DNA from: Pelagomonas calceolata
Taxonomy: Eukaryota
Assembly: GCA_918797485.1 (NCBI GenBank)
Contig: CAKKNE010000003.1
Span: 2,480,001-2,544,000 of the forward strand
Direction of reading: 5' to 3'
DNA length: 64,000 nt
The number at the start of each line of letters is the position of its first letter. Position 1 is the first letter of the stretch. The notes under the pieces were generated by a model. It made no database searches. It was not told where the DNA came from and worked only from the letters and a program-made list of their open reading frames with translations. Below, piece by piece: positions 55,493 to 64,000 of the stretch. A program made the position numbers and the translations under genes.

Positions 55493-57357
55493 CTAGTATA
55501 GTTGCTGCTGCATCGAAAGGGCCGCGCGCGCAGATTGGTGCACGACGGTGGTGGTGTGATGATGGTGGTGGTGCACGACTATGGGGGCGGGCGGGGCGCT
55601 CGGCGGCGCCGTCACGATCTCTTTCACGTACTCGTACCGGCGCCGCTGGCAGATGGAATCGAGCCACACGCGGAAGGGCCAGGTGAGCAGCAGCAGGTTC
55701 GCGACCCAGTACCAGCCCGTCGAGGCGTATTTCGGCTTCGCCCCCGGGTACATCTCGACCTGTGTGGAAAACAAGTGAGTCAGGTTATCCAGTGACAACG
55801 TCGCCTCGATGGCGTGGACATCGCACAGACGCAACTACGGAAGCACGTCGCGTCGATGGCGTGGGGCGCCCTATATTTGATTTCCACACACATTCCTACC
55901 AAAAGCCGCTCCCGGAACTCGGGGAGCTCGAAATCTTGGGAGAAGTCGAAGTGTCGGTCCCGCCGATGGTGGCGGATGAAGCGCCGCTTGTACATGCCAA
56001 AATGCTGGCGCGTATAGTCGTCGCCGAACGTCCAGCGCTTGCCGAACTCGACCTTGGCGAGCAGCGTCGCCGGCCAGCGGTTGTAGGCGTCGCCGCCGCT
56101 GTCACGCACCCAGGAGTACTGGTACACGTGCGACGCCGCGTGCGTGTTCACGCGCACCTCCTTCGACCGCCGCACGCGCCGCTCGCGCCCGTGCTGGTCC
56201 TTAACTGTTTCCCACCAGTGATGCGTCTCGAAGTGGTAGCACTGGATTTTGAGCTTGATGATCGGGCGCGAGCGTTTCACCTGTTCGATGTGAGGCTTCA
56301 GCGCAGAGTCGCGCGTGAGGTTCCACAGGAATTTATGCGTGTCGGAGAAGCACAGGCACTCGGCGACGTAACAGACCAGCAGGATCCAGAACGCGTTATC
56401 CGACGCGTCTTCCTCGCGGCCATAGCTTCTCATGTTCCAAAAGTCAGCGCATTTCCCTTGGTACAGCCACGTCGCATTGCAGAAGGGCAGCGGCACGACT
56501 ATGATGAGTATGAGCACTGTCAGGGTGAGCGACTTCAAATGCGGGCTTTGGCCGCAACCGGGGCCACAACCGGCGCCTTGTTCGACTTGCTCCGCGACGG
56601 CCACGGCTTCGGCGGGCTGGCCCTCCGGGACGAGTGCTGGCTGCTCCACGTAGGCGGGCGGCGCGTCGTCGGCGGGTTTTCCGACACCGACGCCCGGCTC
56701 CACCACCATGCCCTCAGGCGTTGCGTCCTCGTCTTCCGTATTGAGGAACGCCGGTGTCGCGTAGGCGAACGCCTCTGTATCCGTAAACATCGGCTCCCAC
56801 GGGGGCGCGGACGGCGTCGGCGCCGGCTCGGGCGCCGGCGGCGCGCTCGGCGTTTCTGCAGGTAGCAAGGGATTGGCAATGGTAGTAGTGGCCTCGATGT
56901 CGGAAACAACAGGGACGGCGTCTGGCGCTTCGGCCAAGGTCCGGCCCGCCCAATGGCCGCTCTCCTTCGCGCAGACGCAGCCGACGATGCCGACCATCGC
57001 CGAGCACACGAGGTATATAATTATGAGCGTGCACAGGCCATCATATTCGTCCATGTACGTCGCCTCCGTGGATCCCGGGGCATAGCAGCAGCCCGTCACC
57101 ATAGTCACTCCCGGCCCACACTTATCCGGTGCGCTACACGCCCACGCCAGGTCGGTCTCGTAGGAGAATCCGTCGCTGCAATAGCCGGTGCCGGGGCACG
57201 CGCAGCAGATGCTCTGGCCTTTGCTGCTCTGGCCTTGCGCCCGGCACGCCTGGTCGTCGCGCTCGCGCGTGGGGTCGCAGCGGTCGTCTGTGAGCTTGGT
57301 GTAGGCATTGGCGTAGGCTAGGGACAGCAGGAGCCATAAGGCAGGGGCTGCCTTCAT
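55493..57357 (-). CDS. TMEM151-like membrane protein with a Cys-rich ectodomain, 2 exons (57357-55900, 55759-55493)
   Basis: Signal peptide; IQCYHFE...VNTH...; WYW...LLLLTWPFR; intron removal joins the frames. Confidence 0.75.
55760..55899 (-). mobile_element. Introner intron (degenerate TSD)
   Basis: GTAGGAAT-GTGTGTGGAAATCAA...TTGTTTTCCACACAG-GTCGAGAT. Confidence 0.85.
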
Positions 57358-57635
57358 CGTGAAGATTCGATACTCTTGATGGATGGAACAAGGAGCTGCG
57401 GCTGCCCAACGTTCGGAGGCAGCCCAAGCATGCGTCCTGCGGCCGGAGAGATTATGCTGAGTGCGTGCGGGGTCGGCGCGCCGGGTTTTCTCTGCGAAAG
57501 AGCGAGACCTCTCACGGCACTCCCTCCGCCGCAACAAGAGGACGCATGCTGTAGCTCCGCTGCTTGCCCTCATCGAGCGGCAGTGCATACAGGACGCGGC
57601 TAATTGAGCACGGGCGCGTACGAGTAGGACGGACC

Positions 57636-58777
57636 ATGGGTGCGATTCAGCGTGCTCAAAATAATCGAGCGAGACGCCGGAAGCGCTGCGCGGGGACGTC
57701 CGCCGGCCGTTCAGCAGGAATCCGCCAAATAGCAGCACCTAGACGACATCGGCGCGCGCGCAGGTCCTCCGCTGTTTTCCAAGATCAATGAAGCGTGTGA
57801 TGACGTACGCACCAGTGTCCTGTCGCCACGGTACCGCGCGGCGCGCCGACTACGCAGCGCGCCGGCCACCGCCGGCCGCCGTCAGAGCGTGGCAAAAAAA
57901 ACTCACGCCACGGCCGCCACGCAAGGACGCTGTCGTGCCGCCGACCCGGCGCGCCGTCGGAACGCGTCAGAGAGACCGCGCCCGCACACACAACACCCAC
58001 CCTCACACCACACAGCTCATCGGCGACGACTACACGTCCAAAACCACCCTCAAAGTGAAGTGCGCCCCGAAGAGCGGCCCGCCCATCTCCTACACCATCG
58101 AGGACGAGGTCAAGCCCGACGGCGTCGCCGGCAAGCTCACGCTGAAATACGTCGAGCCGTCGACGGGCATCTCCTTCGACAAGGTCACGCTGAAGGGTAG
58201 CGCGTACGGCGTCGAGGCGTCGAAGACCGTGTCCGGCGTCAAGTGCAAGGCGAAGCTCGACCCGTTTGATGTCGGTACGCTGTCGGGCTCCGCGGAGCTC
58301 AAGGAGTCGAACTTCACGGCGACCTGCGGCGCGGACTCGAAGAAGATCGTGGGGAGTGCTACTGCAAGCCCTTTCGCTGGTGGTGTACTAGGCTTCAGCT
58401 TCGAGTACCCGACGGGCGGCGGCGCGCTGGCGCTGTCCGCGGGCGGCTCGGCGACGGTCCAGGGCGTCTTCGCGAGCTGCATCTACACGTCCAAGAAGGT
58501 CTTCAACTTCGGCTTGATGTTCGACGCGACCCCGGACATCACGGTCGCGGCGACGGGCGACAGCACGGGCCAGGACAGCGCCTGCGTCGGCCTCAAGTGG
58601 ATGTGCGGCTCGGCGCTGGCGGGCGTCACGTCGCTCGGCGTGAAGACGACGACGGCGGCGCTCAGCTTGGTCGCCGTCAAAAAGTTCGGCAAGGACGCGA
58701 CGCTGGCGGTCTCGGCCTCCTCGAAGTACGACGCGCCGGGCGCGCCGGCGTACGGCGCCCAGCTCACGATCGGGTGA
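57636..58777 (+). CDS. VDAC: Mitochondrial porin (VDAC), 3 exons (57636-57639, 57764-57804, 58016-58777)
   Basis: Spliced N-terminus MGPPLFSKINEACDDLIGDDY, amphipathic beta-strands, C-terminal YGAQLTIG. Confidence 0.8.
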
Positions 58778-58833
58778 GCGCTGTTTTCCCCCTTTGCCGA
58801 CCGTCCCCCCTCCCCGCGGTCTAACGATGCAAA

Positions 58834-59754
58834 CTAGTCTCTATAAAAACTGAAGAAGGAGATGTCGCCGCCGAGCCAGTAGAGCGCCGCGACGCATGGC
58901 GCGATGGCGAGAGCGAAGCAGACCACCACAAAGGCCGGCACGATCTGCGCAAAGGGCGCGCAGCCCGCCTTGCCGACGCGGTGCGCGACCATCGACGCCT
59001 CCGTCGCGAAGAGCGCAAACAAGCTCGTCGAGGACTCGAGCGTCTGCTGCGACGGGTGGAGCGCGCTGACTCTATCCCACCACGCACTGCTCCCCAGTCC
59101 GAACGCCACGCAGTCGGGGATGAAAATAGCACCCAACGTGCCGATCGCCACGAGCCCCGTGGCGCGCAGGGTTTCCGTTTCCGAGAGCTCGGGCCGCTCC
59201 GAGCCGTAGAGGCCGAGCAGCGTCAGCACGGGCGCGACCGCACCGTAGGCGAAGACGAGCACCGCCAGCGCCGCGCAGGGCGCGTCGTAGTCCGACAATC
59301 CGGGCGGGCACGCGGTGGAAGCACGTAAAGCGAGCCACGAGACCGCCAGGCTGTAGGCGCCCGCGAAGGCCGTCACCGTGGCATCATCAATAATGCCGCG
59401 CCGCTCGTTCGGCGAGATGTTGTATTTGGAAACGAGCTGCGCGACGGCCGCCGCGGCGGAGGCGGCGCCGAGCGCGACCGCCCAGCGCTCGGCGTCGACG
59501 TATGTCGTGTCGTATGCGCCGACGACGTTCGCGAGCGAGATGCGCCCGCCGACGGCCAGCAGTGCCATCGCTAACGCATCTCTCGGATTTGCGAGGGCTT
59601 CTGTGAGTGGTGGTCGGTTCGAGAGGTCGGCGGAGTCGGTGATGAGGTAGTCTGGTTGGGTTCGCAGAGGTGCGAGTCGTGGTCGGTCGAGTGAGAGTGG
59701 TCGTTGGTAGGCGTGGGCCGCGCAGGCGATCAGTGCGACTGAGAAACGGCCCAT
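58834..59754 (-). CDS. Multi-pass membrane protein, probably plastid-targeted
   Basis: Signal peptide ending AHA-Y; several hydrophobic helices. Confidence 0.65.
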   Translation of the reverse strand: MGRFSVALIACAAHAYQRPLSLDRPRLAPLRTQPDYLITDSADLSNRPPLTEALANPRDALAMALLAVGGRISLANVVGAYDTTYVDAERWAVALGAASAAAAVAQLVSKYNISPNERRGIIDDATVTAFAGAYSLAVSWLALRASTACPPGLSDYDAPCAALAVLVFAYGAVAPVLTLLGLYGSERPELSETETLRATGLVAIGTLGAIFIPDCVAFGLGSSAWWDRVSALHPSQQTLESSTSLFALFATEASMVAHRVGKAGCAPFAQIVPAFVVVCFALAIAPCVAALYWLGGDISFFSFYRD

Positions 59755-59955
59755 GGTGTTTCCGGTTCGCATAGCTTTGGAGCGCTTGGCTGCCGTGTCC
59801 TCTGTGCACGCTGTGCAGGGTTGGCAAATGCTCGCACGAGTGCCAAAGTCGATACGGACTGGAGCCCAGGGCACAACCGCTAGTCGAATCAACCTCTCTA
59901 CTGGCACAATTGCTGCAATCCGGCTGAGCAATAGCCAAGTTTGCGCATGAGGCGA

Positions 59956-59979
59956 GCTAGCGTCCAGTAAGACACTAGG
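59956..59979 (-). promoter_or_regulatory. CTAG dyad element copy 14
   Basis: GCTAGCGTCCAGTAAGACACTAGG, divergent intergenic. Confidence 0.65.
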
Positions 59980-60173
59980 CATCGGCCAGCAGCATCGGGC
60001 ACCAGGCCGTAGACGCGAACTGTGCCGCCTCACGTACCGAGCAGCGCTCCACACGTCGGCCTTTGTCGTGCCTGCCGAAATTCAGACGCGAGACGCCCCT
60101 CAAAAGCCGCGCCGCCTCAGCAGTCCGCAGCGGCAGCCGCGCGAGCGCGAGACGCCGCCGTCGCGAAGCCGCC

Positions 60174-61250
60174 ATGGCGTCGACAGACGCCCTCGCGACG
60201 ACGACACAAACAAATGACGACCCGCCCCTCGACGACGACGCCGTCGAGGCCGCGCACATCGCGCCGTCCACCCTCGCGACGAAGCCGAAGCCGCCGCAAC
60301 CACAGAAGACGCGCGGCGCCACGGGCTGCCTCGTCATGGCGCCGCCGCCGCCGCGCCCGCCGGCGCGAAAGAAAATCGTCCTCGAGGAGGAGGAGTACGT
60401 CGACGAACTACGTCGAATCATCCAGCGCGACTACTTCCCGGACGGCGCTTCACGAGATGACGTCGCGGCGCTGGATATGAGTTTAGACGCCTTCGCGGCG
60501 AAGCACACGTCCGAGGACAACGCGTCGTTCGAGGAGGCGCTGGAGCGAGCCAGGAACGCGCACGTGCGCAAGTACTGGTGGTGCTACGACGCCGAGCGGT
60601 TGAAGGCCGCTGGTATTGAGGTGCCGGACACGTCGTCGTTGGGTACTCATTTATTATCGGACGGGACGCGCATTTCCGAAGAACGGCGGTTGAAGGCGGA
60701 CGCCGCGGCCGACAACGCACCGATGGCCGCGGATGACTCGCAACGCTTACTAGATTTCGCGCCGCACGAGCCGCGGAACGCTTTGTTGTTTCCGCCGGCC
60801 TACGAGGGTGCCCAGAAAAGGCCGGTGGTCAAGGCGATCCAGCGCGCGAACACACGGTTTCGTCCCGAGGAGCCGCGCGCGCGCTCAAATACGACAAGCA
60901 GCTATCCGGACCTGTCCTCGGTGTCGTCGGAGACGACCTCTGCTGCTGCTGACGAGGGCCTCGTGCCCATGACGCCTAGGATCCTGCCGGGCGGCGACGA
61001 GTCGCCGCTGATGACGTGGGGCGCCGTCGCGGCTACGCCGCGATTGCTGGAGAGGGACGACCGGCGCCAGGAGCTCGGCCGGGCCCTCGACGCGCGGGCG
61101 AAGCGGCGGCGGACAGCGCTGCCGGCGCCCTCGCCGCTGCGGGCGGCGCTGGACGCGCGGCGGGCGGCGTCGCGGCGGCCGTCGTCGTCGCGGCCGAGCC
61201 GCAGCGCGCGGACGCCTGGAAGGAGTCCTGCGCCGCCTCGTCCGCACTGA
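60174..61250 (+). CDS. ESS2: Splicing factor ESS2/DGCR14 homologue
   Basis: VLEEEEY...IIQRDYFPD, SLDAF...TSEDNASFEE, SPLMTWG. Confidence 0.88.
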   Translation: MASTDALATTTQTNDDPPLDDDAVEAAHIAPSTLATKPKPPQPQKTRGATGCLVMAPPPPRPPARKKIVLEEEEYVDELRRIIQRDYFPDGASRDDVAALDMSLDAFAAKHTSEDNASFEEALERARNAHVRKYWWCYDAERLKAAGIEVPDTSSLGTHLLSDGTRISEERRLKADAAADNAPMAADDSQRLLDFAPHEPRNALLFPPAYEGAQKRPVVKAIQRANTRFRPEEPRARSNTTSSYPDLSSVSSETTSAAADEGLVPMTPRILPGGDESPLMTWGAVAATPRLLERDDRRQELGRALDARAKRRRTALPAPSPLRAALDARRAASRRPSSSRPSRSARTPGRSPAPPRPH

Positions 61251-61356
61251 TGTGTAAGTTGGTTATGTACCTGCGGGTTCAGGTTGCTTTTTTTCCTGTG
61301 AACTCGCGACCGATTCCAGTGAATTAGCGGCGTGTTTCGCTACAAGAGATCGCTAG

Positions 61357-62144
61357 CTACGTACTCAACGTCAATTTGTTCCCGCCGCGATTTGCAAGGG
61401 CGCGGCGAGGCGTTTCGAGTGCGTTTTTGTTGCTGCACATAGATACAACGGCGCCGGCTGGGACGATGACGGATTTAGATTCGACGATAGCTACTGCAAT
61501 AATGATCGAACGTATTACCTCTGCGAGGCGTGCCCGGCGGGGCGGTCCAAGCTCGCGGGTTTCGAAGTCGGCGGGTACGGAACGGACAATTACTACTGTA
61601 AGCTTTGCGCCGCGGGCAAGTTCTCGGTCCCGGGCCAACGTACGTGCACGCCCTGCGAGAAGGGCAGGCACGCCAGTGGCCAGGAGAACACAAACTGTGC
61701 GCTCTGCGCGCCGGGCAAGATCGCCAAAAACTCGCAGACTTCGGACTGTGAAGATTGCCCCAAGGGCCAGGAGTCGAACGCAGGTCACGATGGCTGCAAG
61801 CCTTGCGACGACGGCTACAAATCATCGAGCGCTGGCACTATGTGCACCGCGTGCGACGCGGGCCAGGAGTCGAACACAGGTCGCGATGGCTGCAAGCCTT
61901 GCGACGACGGCTACAAATCATCGAGCGCGGGCACTACGTGCACCGCGTGCGACGCTGGCCGACCCGCGTACCTACGCGCGGATCGACGCCCGGACCAACG
62001 GCGCCTACGGCCGCGCCTACGACTGGGCCGACGGCAGCGCCGACTGTAGGATCTACAACGCCCGGACCGACGCCTGGGCCGACGTCCGTGCCTACATCCA
62101 CGCCGAGCGCCGGGCCTACGTCGTCGCCGACGCCAGCGCCGTAG
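61357..62144 (+). pseudogene. Cys-rich (CxxCPxG repeat) + PT-repeat surface-protein fragment
   Basis: Frame open from 61357 with no ATG before the Cys repeats; frameshift near 61960 into PTAAPT repeats. Confidence 0.6.
61765..61956 (+). repeat. Two near-identical 96-bp tandem units
   Basis: GGCCAGGAGTCGAAC...GCGTGCGACGC at 61765 and 61861. Confidence 0.9.
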
Positions 62145-62440
62145 TGGTGCATGGCGAAGGCGTTACGGCGTCGTAGACGCGCGCCCCAAAAGAAGGCGTC
62201 TACAACAACGGCAACGCCGCCCTTGCTACATGACCGCCCGATCTCCGGACGCGAACAAGCGCGCGTTGACGCCCCCATCCCTTCTCGGCCGCTCGACGGA
62301 CGACGCAACGACGCTAGCGACGGTACGTGCTCACGAAGGAGCGCGGATCACGCGTCGTCCTCCCCTGTTCAGACGTTCCACCTTTCCTTGCGAATGTGTA
62401 ACGTATCTTGATGGGAACAACTAGTATATTTTCAAATTTC

Positions 62441-63928
62441 TTAGTCTGTCAGGTTCAGCAAGGCTGCAACCCCAGCCAACACCCACGTGTCGGGGTCGAC
62501 GGCGGTAGGCAGCTCCACCGCCACCACGAAGTTCGTCGACATACCTGTCGTCGACAATACACCTTTCCGGACCGCCGTCTTGTAGATGGGGCAGGCGTAC
62601 GACGTCGGCGCGATGACGTGGCCGACCGCCGGGATGAAGTGCACGATCGGCAGCGGCGTGTACATCTCACCCAAGACCGAATCGACGACCATCGCCGCAT
62701 CGGGATCCCACTTCGCGCCCTCGAGCATCATGCCACTACACAACACGCCGTCCTCGGGGTGTTCCTGGGGCTCCTCGAAGCCGCAGATCCCAAACTTGAA
62801 CGACAACGTATCAATTGCCACCATGTACTTGCGCGCGAAGGTCTGCAAAGTGCCGGTCATGAACCCTTGCGGGAAGAAGAAGACGGGCAGCGGGAAGCTC
62901 ACGGGCAGGCCGTTGACGAGCCAGGTGCGCATGAACTCGATGCGCGACAGGGCGTCCTTCATCCACGACCCGAGCGTCTTCATCGTCGCGAAACTTACTT
63001 TCTCCCAGATGGGCGGCAGCTGGTTGTTCATCAACCCGACGTACATGTCGTCTAGGTCTGAAGACATGATGGCCAGCCCCCCGATCGCTCGTCTCAACAA
63101 ACTAAGGGACGAAGACATGTTCGTCATGAGTCGGTTGAACTTGACCATTTCCTGCATCAATACGGTGTCCAGCGACGTCAACAAGCCGTTGTCCTGGATC
63201 ACGAAGGTCGTGGGGCCTTTATCATCTTCATCCAACCTGTGTGGAAATCAAAATTTTACGGCGCGTTCGTGCTGAATCGTCGCGTCGTCCTCCACGCCAT
63301 CGGCGCGACGCCTGCTCGACGGCGTGGCGATGCCGGCGCCCCACCGCTCGACCGAGCCAGGATGGCCGCGTCGTCGCCGAGAAATGACTTAGCACCCGAC
63401 GCACTGGTTGATTTCCACACAGCATCCAACAGCGCGGGCATGCGCTCCTCAGCATCGTCAATAACATCAATAACGATCTCATCTGAAGATTTCCCGCCGC
63501 CGCCACCGCCTTCGCGCGGTTGTAGCGCCAGAATCGAGGACATGAGCGTACTGCTTTCCGCGCGATTGAAAGTTATATTGGCATTTTCATGCATGCCAAA
63601 TATTTCAGGTTCATCTATTTGTGGCAAGGAGGAAAAATAATCCGTGTGTTCCTGCAAGGGTCCGACTGAAGCGGGCTTGTACAGTCCCGACCGCGAGAAA
63701 CTATGAGGCTTGTACGCGCCGTCCTCCTGGACCATGATCGCCTCATTAAAGTATATACTGAGGATAGTGACGATACATCTCCTATCCCAATCATCTGTAA
63801 CTCTACCACCGTAGTTGATATGCCCCGTAATAAATCGCAGCGCGTCCCACGGTATCGACTCCTGCTCGTCCAAGAACCTCCTCATGACATTTATAGACGT
63901 CTCCAGATCGCTCTCGTCGAAGGCATAC
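62441..63928 (-). CDS. Dynein heavy chain (axonemal-type) 3' end; continues beyond the window; introns 63237-63430 and 63929->64000
   Basis: INYGGRVTDDWDRR, PEIFGMHENA, FFFPQGF.TG.LQ, Y.CPIYKT..R.G.LSTTG.STNFV. Confidence 0.95.
63237..63430 (-). mobile_element. Intact introner intron: perfect 15-bp TIR, perfect 8-bp TSD
   Basis: CATCCAAC-CTGTGTGGAAATCAA...TTGATTTCCACACAG-CATCCAAC on the + strand. Confidence 0.95.
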
Positions 63929-64000
63929 CTGCGCGGAGCATCGACGCGGTCCGAACAGCCTCAAGATGGACACGAGTCGCGTCGACGGCGTGAAACGGGA

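Noticed and set aside
15625..59979. CTAG dyad copies as a CRISPR array or Helitron ends
   Set aside because: Copies are dispersed kilobases apart with no spacer array or cas genes, and I saw no shared element body beyond about 27 bp
1..64000. tRNA, rRNA or transposase genes
   Set aside because: None recognisable by eye

Overview
Gene-dense, GC-rich eukaryotic nuclear DNA. Spliceosomal introns, heterokont-style signal-peptide-plus-F plastid leaders, an axonemal-type dynein and introner-type introns point to a pelagophyte-like stramenopile alga (Pelagomonas/Aureococcus type); this assignment is an inference. About 35 genes are present, including O-fucosyltransferase, ribBA plus a stand-alone ribA, OTC, ARPC5, a ZIP transporter, PFKFB, PheRS-beta, CLC, VDAC, ESS2 and the 3' end of a dynein heavy chain. 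Four observations stand out. (1) A quasi-palindromic 20-24 bp element, GCTAGTGT-N(x)-(C)GCTAGC, occurs 14 times, only upstream of genes, and in 9 of about 14 divergent promoter regions. (2) An introner family with a 15-bp TIR (CTGTGTGGAAATCAA) and 8-bp TSD takes its splice donor from the TSD and its acceptor from the TIR, works in both orientations, and shows an age series. (3) A hidden 82-nt intron joins an HSL-family esterase in frame to three AP2 DNA-binding repeats. (4) Several start-less gene fragments and partial duplicates are present. All family calls come from recognising motifs by eye; no database searches were run.
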